Part shown: positions 1 through 19,305 of the stretch, in pieces | Layout: every line of letters begins with the position of its first letter | Position numbering within the stretch: the first letter of the stretch is position 1 | Source of the DNA: the human T2T-CHM13v2.0 reference genome, Homo sapiens | Assembly: GCF_009914755.1 (NCBI RefSeq) | Contig: NC_060933.1 | Length of the DNA: 64,000 nt | Strand: one strand, 5' to 3' | Program-made: the position numbers and the translations under genes | The notes under the pieces: model-generated | What the model was told of the DNA's origin: nothing | The model's database searches: none | The model's input: only the letters and a program-made list of their open reading frames with translations

Positions 1-9
1 ATTAGTTTT

Positions 10-133
10 ATCATTTATTTTATGAGATAGGGTTTTGCTATGTTGCCTGGGCTGGTCCCAAACTCCTGGACTTAAGTGATCTCATGCTTCAGTCTCCCAA
101 GTTGCTAAAATTACAGGTGTGCACCACTGAGCC
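10..133 (-). mobile_element. FLAM/Alu left monomer
   Basis: Antisense Alu left-arm sequence. Confidence 0.75.
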
Positions 134-946
134 AAGATATCCTTGAAATTATTTTTCAAAGGAACTCAAAGGGAAGAGGGGGAAAATGTAAATAAAATAA
201 TCATTAGATTTCTGCACCAAAAACCTGATTTGTGTAGTATTTTAATAATATGTAAATGTTTAATATACAGTATTAGCCACCATATTCATAGACTAATGTA
301 TGTAACTTAATTGGCAGTCCATTGTATTTTCATTTGCATTGTATGCCTTAATTATATTATGTGTATATAAATGTCTGAGCATAGAAGCATCTAAATTTTA
401 AAGACCAAGTGTATTTGAAAGAGAAAAAGTATAGAGAGGGAGGGAGAAGAGCTGTGTTTGAATCTATTTATCCTAACATCTCTTAGATGTGACTGTATGT
501 GGAGATGCAGAAGTTTAGGACACAAGACTGAAGGAATACTAACCCTAGCCATGACCTGAAATATAGTATCTTTTAAAAGCCTAATGTTTTCGTAGTCTTC
601 CTATTTATTTCTTCTTATCAAGATTAAAAAAAAAAGTTACGGAGGAATTCCCGGATTGCAAAACATGACTATCTTTTTGAAAATTCTGAAAAATTAGTTA
701 ACGAGGATAATGTTCTCTTAAAAGTATGCAACATATTAGTCTTCGATAGTTGCTCTCTGTCATTTGACTTGTCCATCACTGATGTGAATGGCCAAAGGCG
801 TCTCATTGTCAATTCTGACCTGTAGTTGCCCTTTCTAAATTTTGACACAGGGCAAAAAAATCAATATTGTATTGATTACATTATGCTTAACTTTTTCAAC
901 TTGAGTATAGATAACCATTTTTTCTTTTTGAGATTTTTTTTTTTTA

Positions 947-1249
<303 letters not shown>

Positions 1250-1291
<42 letters not shown>

Positions 1292-1324
1292 ATATATGTA
1301 TGTGTGTATATATATATGTATATA
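1250..1324. repeat. (TG)n/(TA)n microsatellite
   Basis: Direct reading. Confidence 0.95.
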
Positions 1325-1771
1325 GTCATTGTAGAATATTTGGGGAAATAGTAAAAACTATAGAAAGGAAAATAAGCATAGTGAGTAATCCCATGCATTT
1401 CTTTCTTCATTTTGGTATGTGTATGAATAATAGACATATTTACAAATTGGGGATTATTTTCATATTAAGTTTTATTCCCTTCTTTCATTTAAAATTACAT
1501 TTCCTTCTCTTCTACTTCTGAAGTACTGGTCATTGTACCTTTTGACATAGCATGTAGATTTCTGTCAAGGCTGTTGAAGTAGATGATGTGTTGATATGTT
1601 GGCTATTTTTTTTTTAAGTATAGCATAGCTCAGATGATTGAACCCTTCCAGTTGTTTCATCTCCTATCCCCTTAGCTGCAGATTAAGTAGTGCTATTTTT
1701 TGTCTTTAATATTTACTGTTATGTAAAGTATAATATAATGGGAAGTGGCTGCACTATCTTACTCTTTTTTT

Positions 1772-3250
<1,479 letters not shown>

Positions 3251-3833
3251 TAAAGGAGCATTTCCCCCTTTCCATTTTACCCTTTTAGAAGTTAAGACAT
3301 GTTAACACATAGGTTGCTGATGTGACACAGCATAAGTAGCTGCTTTACCAGAAAAATAATTTTGTCTTTTGAGTGTTTGTCATTGGTTCTTTTCTTGATT
3401 AACAGTATTTGTCATAATACTTTCTGTTTGCTTTTTGTTTCTTTTGTTACTTTTTTTCATTCATTCAAGAAACATTTATTATCTATTGTATGCCCACTAT
3501 TTAAGATATAGTCTCAACTGTGACTCTTGGGTTTCTGGTAGATAGGTATTTTCCTTCTGTAGTATGTTATGTGTAATCTTTAGGTCTTTGACTCTTTTCA
3601 GTGGCTGACCACTCACCTACTACTCAATGCCTAAAAACTTTTTTATTTCAAAGATTAAAGCCTTAGCTTATATAGGGGCCAGATGTTGATAAAGTTTCAA
3701 AACACTTTGCAATGGAGTCAGGCATGCTTAGTCAAATTTTTAAATAGTTTGTACCAATTCTCCTATGCCTCATAGCACCTCATGGCACATTTCAGTCTAA
3801 TAATAATAGTAAGAACACCCATAAATGCTTATA

Positions 3834-4141
3834 TAGTCATGTGCTGCATTAACTATGTTTTGTTTTGGTCAATGATGGACATATATAAAGCGGTATTTTT
3901 ATTGTACCTTTTCTTTAGATATACAAATACTTACCATTGTGTTACAGTTGCCTCCAATACAGTCACAGGCTGTACAGATTTGTAGCCTAGAAGCAATAGG
4001 CCATACCATGTAGCCTAGGTGGATAGTAGGCTGTACCAGTTAGGCTTGTGTAAGTACACTGTGTGATACTCATACAATGATGAAATCACCTAATGATGCA
4101 TTTCTCACAACGTATCCCCATCATTAAGTGATGCTTGAGTA
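3834..4141 (+). mobile_element. Tigger3a/MER7-like TcMar DNA transposon remnant
   Basis: Starts tagtcatgtgctgcattaac, ends cgtatccccatcattaagtgatgcttgagta; internal gtagcctagaagcaatagg motifs typical of Tigger3. Confidence 0.75.
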
Positions 4142-4807
4142 TATTGAATGCTTCTGGCTACTATTCTAAGTGCTTTATATATTAACTTATTCAGTCTTTA
4201 CAGCAACTCAAGAGAGATCAAGTAGGTTGCTCAAGTACTTACAGTAAGTAGCAAGTTGGGTGTGATGGGCATTCTGGCTCCAGGTCAGTGGTCTTGTGCT
4301 GGTGCTCCCTGCCATTTGCCTTTTGCATTACTGACATAAAGAACCAGAGGCATCTCATTCTCCCAAAACTGGAAAGAGATTTAAAGGTGTCTGTATTGAA
4401 CTAGATGGAAAAAAATGTGAAAAACGTTTTTGTTATAGTATAGGATAAGTAAAACATAATATAAATTTATAGGAAAGTTACTAAATGTTGAATTTCTATA
4501 AAACTTCAGACTCTTTTCAGGGTTTCTAATGAGAGAATTGTACTTGCTTCTGTAAACATTAACTTTTCATTTTAAAATCAGTTTATCCATGAAATAAGAA
4601 TATTCAGTTCCTGATCTAAACTTTTAAATAATGATTTCTTAGAATTGAGTGCCCATTACAATTTCATTTGTATGAGTAGGTAATAAAAACAATTTTTATC
4701 TAAGCATTCAGTAATTTACAACAGTTGGAATTATTTTTAAATAATCTAACAGCTCTTTTCATCAAAAATGTAATAGAAAATTTCTTGTGATAAAAATGAA
4801 AGGATTT

Positions 4808-5120
4808 GGGGCAGTTGAGGTGGCTCATGCCTGTGATCCCAGCATTTTGGGAGGCTAAGGCAGTAGGATCACTTGAGCCCAGGAGCTGGAGACCAGCTTA
4901 GGCAACATAGGGAGACCCCACCATCTCTATAAAAAAATAGAAAAAATTAGCCAGGCATGGTGGCACACACCTTTAGTCCCAGCTACTCAGGAGGCTGATC
5001 TGGGAGAATCATTTTAGCCCAGGAAGTCGAGGCTGCAGTGAGCCATAATCATGTTACTGCAATCCAGCCTGGGCGACAGAGCGAGACCCTGTCTCAAAAA
5101 TAAACAAATGAATAAATAAG
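4808..5120 (+). mobile_element. Alu (J-like)
   Basis: Dimeric Alu. Confidence 0.9.
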
Positions 5121-5837
5121 TGAATGACAGGATTTCAAATTCAGTTGACCTTTCTAATTTCAAGTGTTTAATGACAAAGCTCTAGGTGACAGAAAGCATA
5201 TGCATTGTTTGAGCAGTCACCTTGCAGCTAGATTTGATGCTGAAAATGCATGTCACTGGCAAATGGGTAAAAATATAATCAATATAGAAATTTAAGGCTG
5301 TTGCTTTAAGGAAACCTTGCTCACTAGATTTTGGGCTCCCCCATTCTTGACTTGCTGCTTATTCTACTGTGTGCCTTGCTGTTTAGGCACCTTGAACATA
5401 ATCTTCCAACAGTTTCACAAGCCTGTCTTTGATAATGGGTAGCAGTGCATTCTGCAGTTGTCTGATGAGGTAGATTACTAGGACTTGGAGCACTTCCCTT
5501 TTCATAGTTGACATAACTCCAGAGCAGCTTGTGCAGGAGCTACCCACTGAGGAGCACTGGATGAGGTTTCTTGTATCTGGAAGTGACTGGAACAGAGGCT
5601 TTTACTTTTTCAGGGGTTTCCTGGCTGCCCCAAGGCCTAAGGGAAACTTTATCTAAGGATACCCTGGTAAGATAGCTCTGCCTTATGCTACAGAAAGAAA
5701 ATTTCTGTGAGCCTTGGAGAGATGTTTCAGAATAGACATTTATGAATAACGCATGCAAATAATCCATATATGAAATTCACAGTTTTCATATCAGTCCTAG
5801 AATGGAAAGAAATTTTTTTGTGTAAGATATAAGTCTT

Positions 5838-5958
5838 GATAAGGCTTCAGTAGCAATCTGAAAATCTCAGCAGCTGAAAGCAGCAAAGTTGCTTTCTTGC
5901 TCAAGCTACCATGTCCACCACAGGTTGGTAAAGGGGCTTTGTTCATTGTGGTTCACTG
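5838..5958 (-). mobile_element. MLT1-type MaLR LTR fragment, fused to an Alu 3' remnant
   Basis: aaatctcagcagctgaaagcagcaaagttgctttcttgctca resembles an MLT1 end. Confidence 0.5.
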
Positions 5959-6368
5959 CGTTCCAGCCTAGACTCCATCTCAAAAAACAAACAAAAAAAG
6001 TGTGTACAGTTCCTTACTTATCTCCTTGCCTTAACTTTCTAACTCCCTGGTTATTTAATATTTAGATTAATGAACTGGGAAACATTATTACTGTAGAAAT
6101 AAAGGCCCAATGGAATCCCATGTACTTATCACCTAGCTTCATCATTTATCAACTCATGGACCCCACACCTAGATTATTTTGAAGCAAACCCAAGACATAC
6201 TAGTTTGTCTACAAATTTACGATGTATTTTACAAGACAGGTTTACTCATTTCAACTATGTTGTATTGAAACAAAACCTGTTCTAATTGACTTTGCTTTAG
6301 AAGGTGGTTAGTTTATTGGGATACAAGGAATCAGTAATTAAAATTTGCTTTTTATTTTTGATACACAG

Positions 6369-6753
6369 GAATCCAGATCTTACATAAGATGGAAGTCTCT
6401 CACACTAGATACTGAACATTAAATAGAAAATCTATTTAGTAAAATCTAAGTTGCCAAGGAAGAAATACCAGTAAAAGTTGCTGTAAGAATTAGACCTCTG
6501 CTTTGCAAAGAAGTTCTTCATAATCACCAAGTTTGTGTGAGAGTTATTCCAAACAGCCAGCAAGTTATCATTGGGAGAGATAGAGTCTTCACTTTTGATT
6601 TTGTTTTTGGCAAAAATTCCACTCAAGATGAAGTTTATAACACATGTATAAAGCCCCTAGTGTTGTCACTCATTGAGGGCTGTAATGCAACTGTTTTTGC
6701 CTATGGACAAACTGGATCTGGGAAGACATACACCATTGGAGGGGGCCATATTG
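6369..6753 (+). pseudogene. KIF27-like exon 2 (5'UTR plus motor N-terminus, Walker A GQTGSGKT)
   Basis: acacag|GAATCC acceptor; (K)EEIPVKVAVRIRPLLCKEVLHNHQVCVRVIPNSQQVIIGRDRVFTFDFVFGKNSTQDEVYNTCIKPLVLSLIEGCNATVFAYGQTGSGKTYTIGGGHI from 6456; donor ATTG|gtaaga; AAG at 6456-6458 where ATG is expected. Confidence 0.93.
6389..6415 (+). promoter_or_regulatory. Short upstream ORF (MEVSHTRY*) in the 5'UTR part of exon 2
   Basis: AAGATGG context (A at -3, G at +4), 8 codons, TGA ending 40 nt before the former start codon. Function not shown. Confidence 0.45.
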
Positions 6754-8293
6754 GTAAGATTCTCATACTCTTTGACTTTTATTTGTGACGCTAGAAAGAA
6801 GCTAAAATATGACCAATACCTGACACATGGTAGGTGTTTAGCATATTGGTTGAATAGTGAAGGAATGAATCATGTAATCAAATGTGATCGTAAGATCATC
6901 ATCTTTGAAAGATTCATTTTTAAATATTGAAGTTTCATTAAGCAATCTAACTTAGGATTATATTTGCTTGAGGAAAGAAGTTTAAAATAGTTTTCAGTGG
7001 TCAGCCCTTGTTATCTTGAACAGAATTTAAAATAGAGATAAATGAGTTAACATGATCAGATTTTGCATTCTTTAACAAGCCAGTTGTAAATATTAAGAGT
7101 CCCGCAATCAGGACTTAGGGACCGTAGGAAAAATTTATTATGTAAAGTATCTTTTTTTTTCATATTCTAGCCAGATTTCTTTTTTAAATTCTGAATATTT
7201 TAGGACAATTGCTGCTGCTTGTAATTATAGTTTGGAAAAGATGGAGTCATAGGGTCTCATATAGAGCTGAAGGGAACCTTGGAAATCATTTTAGTTAAGT
7301 GTCTGGTAATAGAGTGGGGGAATTGACAGCCAAGTCCTCTGTTAAGATTGTTTACTGTATTTATATTTTTCCACTAAAAACAAACTTCTGAGTAGTGCAC
7401 ATATGCATCATTGTCTAAAGTTTTAGTTAGTATTCTCTGTATGAATAGTGGCTCTCAATATTTTTCTATTTTCATATTTCACAAATGTAAAATATATGGC
7501 TTTCAGAAACTCTTTAGCTGTTCAGATATGAGCTGAAACAATAAAAAAAAAATTTTTAAAAAGAAACTTCTGATTATGTGCATGGATGGGAGGTGGCTCA
7601 GAGGGTGGTTGTGTAGTTTCAGGAAATCTTTATTCCAAAGATTAAAATGGAGGAGCCTTAAGAGGCCAATACTCTCCAACTAAAAGAAAACAATCTGTAT
7701 ATTCTGTAGGATTAGGAGATCACAGATACTAGATTGTTTCAGCGTCTTACAATAAAAAGAATTCAGTTTTTCTAGTATAAATTGTGGCTTTTCTTTAGGA
7801 TTGTAGGGTTTTTTTTTTTTGATTGGCAAATGTTTTATAATCCTAATGACCCATTATGTGCCTTATACCAATAGGAGTTATAAATGTTCAGGAGCTGGTG
7901 ACTTAATTATAGCTATCCTTTTTTTTTATTATTAAGAGACCATGAGTACTATTTTAATTTTGTAAGAGAAAAAGTTATTGAAGTTATCTGTTGTCCTAAC
8001 ATTTTAATTGCTCTAAAATTCCCTCTATCAGAAGAAATGGAGGACAATTAAAAACATTTTGGATGGTGTTTTCTTTCTACTTTTTTTAAATTAAAGAAAT
8101 ATTTATTATAAGAAGGATTGCAAGTGATGCATAAGAAATTAAACAAGTGACAGCTTCTCTCACCCCAAAGAAATAAGTGTGATGCATATTACTCACTTGT
8201 GTAGTTTTTTGGGTTTTTGTTTGTTTAATGAGATATTATACCTGTGATTCTGTAACTTTCTTTTTGCATTTAACAATGTAAAATATCATTTCA

Positions 8294-8590
8294 GACCAGA
8301 CGTGGTGGCTCACGCCTGTAATCCCAGCACTTTGGGAGGCCAAGGCAGGCAGATCACTTGAGGCCAGGAGTTTGAGACCAGCCTGGTCAACATGATGAAA
8401 CCCTGTCTCTACTAAAAATACAAAAATTAGCTGGGCATCGTGGCACGTGCGTTTAATCCCAGCTACTTGGGAGGCTGAGGCAGAGAATCGCTTGAACCTG
8501 GGAGGCGGAGGCTACAGTGAGCCAAGATCATGCCACTGCACTCCAGCCTGGGCAACAGACCAAGACTGTCTCAAAAAGAAAAAAAAAAAA
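8294..8590 (+). mobile_element. Alu (S-like)
   Basis: Dimeric Alu with A tail. Confidence 0.9.
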
Positions 8591-8821
8591 GTTGGATTTA
8601 TTTTTTGGTGTATTAGTGAGCATTTTCTGTTTCCCAGAATGTCTCTATAGAACACCAATTCTGGGTCAGCTTTTTGGTTATTGACCATGCAAATAATGTT
8701 TTCTTTTTCCCCCTCCAGTGAATATTTATTGAGCATCTGCAGTGTCTAGGTTACCATGCTGGGCACTAGGGCAGAATGAAACTCTTTTATTTTAAAATGT
8801 ATTTTACTTTATTTTAAAAAC

Positions 8822-9158
<337 letters not shown>

Positions 9159-10208
9159 TTTATTTTTAAATATGATGCTTATTTAGCTAATATTCATTTT
9201 CCTGCTTTTCAGAACGTTGGAATTACCTTTACAAGGTATAGCCTTTTCCAAAAACTTTTGTGTACTCTTTAAATACCATATAATAGCTAAATGAGAGTTG
9301 TTGAGGTATAAAACTTTGCAGATTTTCTTTTGGAAATGGTTTATTTCAGGAATATAAGACTAACATTGCAAATTTTATATTCAAGTTATCAAAATACATA
9401 TTGGAGCTTTATTATAAATATTTGAAATTAAGCTTTTTGATACGTCTTTTAAATTGTGCTTTGTTATCTATAGATGTGGGGAGTAACTGAACTATTTCTG
9501 GTCAATTATTTATTCTGGATAATCAAGATTGCTTATCTATACTACAGTTTGAAAGGTTTAGATATTTCCTACAGGCTAGTTCCTATAAGCTCTTAAAAGG
9601 GAATCTTCCTTTGTACTGTATTAGAAGAAAACCCACAACTTACTTTACTTGCCACATGATGGCAGTCTTGCCTCTTAAATTAGGGGAAAGGCAGCCATCA
9701 AAGTTGATGGAAACTCGGATTTTCAGAACGATTGTTGCCAAAAACCTAAACTTTGGTAATCTTCAACTTGGAAGCAAGTTGTTTTTAAGTTTCATTTGTA
9801 AGTCAACTCTTTGTTGCTTGGAATACATTTTCCATGGAACAATGCTAAAAATGATGGGCAGTTTTCTAAATTAGCCTACAGAAACTTTTAAAGTCTCAAT
9901 TTTTCCCTCCACTTACTTTAAATTTTATCTCATACACTTTTTTTTTTACTATTTTTACAATTGTGATAAAGTACATATAAATATAAAGATCACCAAACTT
10001 ACCATTTTAACTACTTTCAAGTGTAGAGTTCTGCAGCATCAAATATACTAATTGTTAATGCAATAATAACCAGTATTTCCAAAGTTTTCATCACCGAAAC
10101 AGAAGCTATGTACCCATTAAGCAATAGCTCTCCCCGCATTCTCTGATAATCCCTGATTTACTTTCTGTCTCTTTTAGTTTGCCTATTCTAGATATTTCAT
10201 ATAAGTGG

Positions 10209-10985
<777 letters not shown>

Positions 10986-11936
10986 TCATACAGTATTTTT
11001 CCTTCTGTGTCTAGCTTCTCTCTCTTAGCATGTTATGTCACCTATCAGAACTTCATTCCTTTTTCCAAGAACATTCCATTGTATGTATATACTGTGTTTT
11101 ATTTATCCATTCTTCTTTTGATGGACATTTGGTTTGCTTCCCCCTTGTAGCTCCTGTAAATAATGTTGCTGTGAACACCGATGTAGAAGTATCTGTTTGA
11201 GTCCCTCCTACGCCTATTTGTAAAGCTGCTCTAACTCCTTTTTGAAACAAGTGGGAGCAGAAATAAGTGTTTACTCATGATGTTATTGTACTGGTCTGTG
11301 TTCTGGTTTGTAGAAGCTGTGGGCTTAGATAGTGCTGGAGGAGAAGAGGTGTAGAGATGTTTCCTTCCTCATTGTTGAACTGAGGGTCTAGGACTGGGCA
11401 TAACTGGCCTTTCTGCACCTATTTTCTGCACACATTCTCTGTCGCCATCAACTCTGGCTTACGTCCCTGTCTTTTCACGTTATCCCTTTCTACTCTCAAG
11501 CTCCTTGCACCTTTTCACCCCATCCAGAAATCTCAGAACAGATAGACTTGGTGACGTGTGAAGAAATATGATACAAGAATTTTTTTTAAAAAGCATTCTT
11601 GCCAACATAAATGAATTGTGCTCCAGTGATTGGGATTCCACCCAGACCATAATAAATGATCTAAAGAGAAAGATATTTTAGTGCAAAGGACTGTGAAATA
11701 GATTGGTCTTACCTAGGGTCAGTTTCCTGCTTTTTACAGCTATTTTGTGCTTTAGAAATTATATGTCATCTAAAAGCATCAACATTTCTATAACATGGCT
11801 CCCACTAGTAGTAGTGAATATCCGAGAGGTGGAGTGGCTTTGGGCAGGGGAAGCCCTTTGTGTAGAATGATGTTTTATGAGCCAAGGGCCACCTCTCTGG
11901 ATCTAGTATTTAATCAACAGTGAATTGGGAAAGATT

Positions 11937-12237
11937 ATGTATGTATGTATGTATGTATGTATTTAGAGAAAGGGTCTTGCTCTGTCACCTAGGCTCTGTC
12001 TCCTGGCTCACTGCAACCTCTGTCTCCCAGGCTCAAGTAATCCTCCCTTCTCAGCCTCCCAAGCAGCTGAGACCATAGGCATGCAACACGATGCCCAGCT
12101 AATTTTTTGTGTTTTTTGTAGACAAGGGGTCTTGCCATGTTGCCCAGGCTTGTCTCAAACTTCTTAGCTCAAGCGATCCACCCACCTCGGCCTCCCCATG
12201 TGCTGGGATTACAGGTGTGAGCCACCACAGTATGGCC
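11937..12237 (-). mobile_element. Alu (J-like) with (GTAT)n tail
   Basis: Antisense Alu. Confidence 0.85.
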
Positions 12238-12319
12238 TATTTATGGAATAAAATGCCACCCCATATAGTTTTATCATTTATATTAAAATGTACATTTCTA
12301 CCATATCTACCTGCTTTGA

Positions 12320-12693
<374 letters not shown>

Positions 12694-13035
12694 TCTTTCA
12701 AGTCTTTTCTCAGATGTCACCTTCTGAATGATGCCCACCATGACCTTCCTATTTAAAGTTGCAAGCATCTCTTGGCTGGTGGTTACACTTCTAGTCCCCT
12801 TACGCTGCCGTGTTTTTTTTCCTCCAGGTACAATTAACACTTTTTAATACGCCATGTAATTCACTTATCAGTTATTCTTTTTTGCTATTGTCTGTCTTTC
12901 CTCAGCAGAATCTCACCAGGGAAGGGATTTCTTTTCTCCCTGTTTTGTTTATTGGTGGACTGCAGAGTCCTAGAATAGTGCCTGGCACATAGTAGATACT
13001 AAATAAATATTTGTTCAGTGAATGCATGAATGAAT
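12694..13035 (+). mobile_element. L2 3' end remnant
   Basis: ctagaatagtgcctggcacatagtagatactaaataaatatttgttcagtgaatgcatgaatgaat is a typical L2 terminus. Confidence 0.7.
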
Positions 13036-13080
13036 TCTTGGTAAGGGGATACATGTGAAAACGTTCACTTGTTAATTTTA

Positions 13081-13365
<285 letters not shown>

Positions 13366-13369
13366 TCAG

Positions 13370-13570
13370 CTTCAGTTGTGGAGGGCCAAAAGGGTATCAT
13401 TCTTCGAGCTATTCAAGAAATATTTCAAAGCATCTCTGAACATCCTAGCATTGACTTTAATGTGAAAGTATCTTATATAGAAGTGTACAAGGAAGACCTA
13501 AGAGATCTTCTAGAATTGGAGACATCCATGAAAGATCTTCACATCCGAAAAGATGAAAAAGGAAACACAG
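13370..13570 (+). pseudogene. KIF27-like exon 3 (kinesin motor)
   Basis: ttttcag|CTTCAG acceptor; ASVVEGQKGIILRAIQEIFQSISEHPSIDFNVKVSYIEVYKEDLRDLLELETSMKDLHIRKDEKGNT; donor ACAG|gtaaag; 201 nt. Confidence 0.93.
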
Positions 13571-13673
13571 GTAAAGTAGCCCGCTTAATCAGTTGCCTTC
13601 ATTCGCAGACAGACATGCTTTAATGCTTTAAGTTTCTGGATATATTCCAAGGAATCTTTAAAAACAGATGTAG

Positions 13674-14022
<349 letters not shown>

Positions 14023-14643
14023 ATTAATCTCTCTTAAATCACTCAGATGAAAAAGTAGTTCAGACTGGTTGGTAAGGTGAAGTTATTAATTTGTAATGCA
14101 AGATACTGAATTCCTATCGTTCCCCTCTAGACTCACTTCAGGTGAGACTGTGATATAGGCTAAATTTGTTTTTGTATCTTTTTTCCTCTCAGCTCTACCA
14201 TGAGATTGGAGGTGGCTTTTGCTTTAAGTGTTTATCAAAGTTGACCCAGAACTTGCCTTTCTTTTCTTTGATTTTTGTCCCAGCACACATACTTCTTTTT
14301 TTAAAGTTGAGAGTTTATATTTTTGTTTTTTGATATTGACATTTACCTGTTTGTTTTGTTGTGTTCCTCAAGGTCTGACTTTCTGCATTAGTAGCCTGTT
14401 AATTTCATTAACCAATACCCATTTGTTGGAAATGGGAGAAGGTTAGAATGGGAGGCTCAAACTGCAAATATTTTAAAGAATAACAATTTATGCTTTTCTA
14501 GTTTAAAAGCTAACATGTTCATCAAGAGTATTTTCAAAACAGGAAAGTGTAAGGAAGAAAGTTAAAAGATTATCTTTAATTCTAGAGCCTAGAAATACCA
14601 ACATCTCTTTTTGGTGGGTTTCCTTCCAGAATTATTTTTCTAG

Positions 14644-14966
<323 letters not shown>

Positions 14967-15202
14967 CATATAATTTTTTAAAAATATGTACTTGCAACCC
15001 TACACACAGTTTTGCATTTTATATTTCACTTAATATTTATATTTTGAATATTTTCGCACATGATTAAATATTTTTCATACTTGACTCTTCATGTTTATAT
15101 GGTAATTTGTCTTATGAATGTGTTTATAGTTATTTAATATTCCATTGTTGGACATTTAGGCTGTTTCTAGGTTTTAACTATTATTAAATAATATTGCAGT
15201 GA

Positions 15203-15609
<407 letters not shown>

Positions 15610-16120
15610 TAGCAGCTAGGAAAGTAAGATGGCTTTAGTCATTCAAATAGCAGCCTACAGGAGGCAGCAAATCTTGCATCTTTATAGCCCCTGTCCTGGC
15701 ATTCCTGCATGGTTGAAGAAATTGTTTTTGTTTTTGTTTTTTTAAGAAGAAACTATATATGGTAGCTTATGGTCTTATTAGATAATTCAGTACAGTTTAT
15801 CTCTTCTGGATAAAATTCAGACTGATGTTTTGAGCTCCTTTATCTTATGGAATACAATTATTGAATGTTTTCATCTTTTATCAAAGAGTTACAAAAATAA
15901 TACATGCTTCTTTGTAAAATATCAAGCAGAATAGAAGTATATACACTTCACTATCACTCTTGATAAACTTGATCAAAATACTTCATATCTGATATCAATG
16001 CTGAAAAAATTTTGGAAGGATGTTACAAATGATCTTAAATTACAGTATGTCTTACATAATGTCCCACTCACAAGTAAAGTGCATTTGTTTGACATATTTC
16101 TTTAGAATCTCTGTATGAAG

Positions 16121-16302
16121 CAGTGATGTCCATGCTTGCTGCCACACAATTAGTACACGTGGGAAGCTTTTTAAAAATACTGATTTCTGGGTCCTACTTC
16201 ACAGGGATTCTGATTTAATTGGTCTGAGATGGTACCTGGGCATTGGCACTTTCTTTTTTATAAAGCTACCAGGTGATTTGCATCTGCATTCAAGAACCAT
16301 AG
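16121..16302. mobile_element. MER5A-like hAT-Charlie element
   Basis: Core gattctgatttaattggtctgagatggtacctgggcatt; cagtg...aagaaccatag ends. Confidence 0.7.
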
Positions 16303-16565
16303 TGCTAACTTATAGCCTAACATTGGAAAAATTTAATGAAAGTTTTACTATGACTTACAGGACTTTAAATGAACTGGGTTGTTTAAAAAGCGTCATGATG
16401 GAAATAATGAAACTGAAATGATTATTTTTTAAAGAAATAGTGATGTGACAGTATCTGAGTAAAGAGGAATTATGGCAATATAATTTGAGCATGAAATCAG
16501 GAGCTTTCCTTCTCTGATTCAATTCCTAAGTCCACCTACTTCTCTTTGAAATATTTTTGGATATA

Positions 16566-16928
<363 letters not shown>

Positions 16929-17620
16929 TCACAATTCATACCCTTCTTGGCTCCTCTTCCTTTCTCCTTCGGTTAAAGTGTATTTTAATTTGTTATATTT
17001 ATTAAATAGAACTCGGTGGATCTGGTTGTCAATTTAGAGACTGAAAATAAACTTGTTTCAGAAATAAAACTTAAGTTATCTTTTACTGAGTTTTTCTCCC
17101 TTTGTCGGTCAGTAGTTCTTGAAAGAAAAAATTACTTCATCTCTTGTGTTTGGAGTATAGGTTTTTAAAAAAACCAACAAATTAGCATATTTATTAATGT
17201 TTAAGGAATGTAGGCATGTACATGTATACATGTTATATGTACATGTATTGAGTTCAGATTTACATTTCCCCGCTTTTCATTCAGAAACTATTGTGTGAAG
17301 ATTGTATGTCGTGGGAATAGTGGAGGACAGGACACACCTAGTTACTGCTTGCTTGGGTGGAGTTTGCAAGCTAGTGAGCAAATGAATGGTCCTTCAGTTG
17401 TTCCTGAGATAACATGGTTCCCAGCTTCCATGGTTCTGTCCATTTTTCAAAATAGGAAAACTTAAAAAGATAGCTTTTTAGTTAAAAAGGAAATATAGTT
17501 AAGTATATTTCCTTTTTTTTAGGCTCTAAGCTTATTTCTCTATCTAGCTAGAAATATTTCCTCAAAGCCTTTTTACATGTAATATTATAAAGAAGGCATT
17601 TGTATTATCCTCTGTTGCAG

Positions 17621-18466
<846 letters not shown>

Positions 18467-18772
18467 AGCCAGCACAGTGGCTCATGCCTGTAATCACAGC
18501 ACTTTGGGAGGCTGAGGCTGGAGGATTGTTTTGAGCCCAGGAGTTTGAGACCAGTCTGGGAAACAAAATGAGACCTGTTTTACAAAAAATCAAAAAACTA
18601 GCCAGGCATGGTGGCATACGCCTGTGGTCCCACCTACTCGGGAGGCTTAGGTGGGAGGATTACTTGAGCCCAGGAGTTCAAGGCTGCAGTGAGCTATGAT
18701 TGCACCACTGCACTCCAGCCTGGGTGGCAGAGTGAGACCCTGTCTCTAAAAATAAATGAATAAATAAATAAT
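18467..18772 (+). mobile_element. Alu (J-like)
   Basis: Dimeric Alu. Confidence 0.88.
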
Positions 18773-18962
18773 AGCATAAAAACAGGTAAGGTAATACTTC
18801 TTAAATCTTTTTTTTAGTTCTTTTTTTTTCTGAAAGGTAATAACTGTCTAGGTAGAGCAGGCCCTTCCTCATTAGTATAAGAAACTGGTGGAACAGGAAG
18901 TACTGGTAATTGGAAGCTTGAATGTTGGGACACATATAGGAGTTGGTTTATATAGGAGTTGT

Positions 18963-18967
18963 GATAT

Positions 18968-19015
<48 letters not shown>

Positions 19016-19305
19016 ATCACAGTTTCTTTATCCATTCGTTGATTGATAGGCATTTGGTTTGGTTCCACAATTTTGCAGTTGCGAATTGTGCTGCTGTAAA
19101 CATGCGTGTGCAAGTATCTTTTTTGTATAATGACTTCTTTTCTTCTGGGTAGATACCCAGTAGTGTGGGATTGCTGGATCAAATGGTAGTTCTACTTTTA
19201 GTCCTTCAAGGAATCTCCACACTGTTGTTCATAGTGGCTGTACTAGTTTACATTCCCACTAGCAGTGTAGAAGTGTTCCCTGATCACCGCATCCACACCA
19301 ACATC
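18963..19305 (-). mobile_element. L1PB-like ORF2-end fragment with an expanded (TA)n, lacking its own 3' end
   Basis: tttctttatccattcgttgattgataggcatttgg...ggattgctggatcaaatggtagttctac; ORF fragment [19 protein letters not shown]. Confidence 0.75.

Noticed and set aside
17213-17248. Palindrome ACATGTATACATGT as a p53 site
   Set aside because: Does not fit two RRRCWWGYYY half-sites; it is low-complexity alternating purine-pyrimidine sequence.
18777-18795. Strong donor-like CAG|GTAAGG as a remnant of exon 4
   Set aside because: The upstream sequence is an Alu tail, not KIF27 coding sequence.
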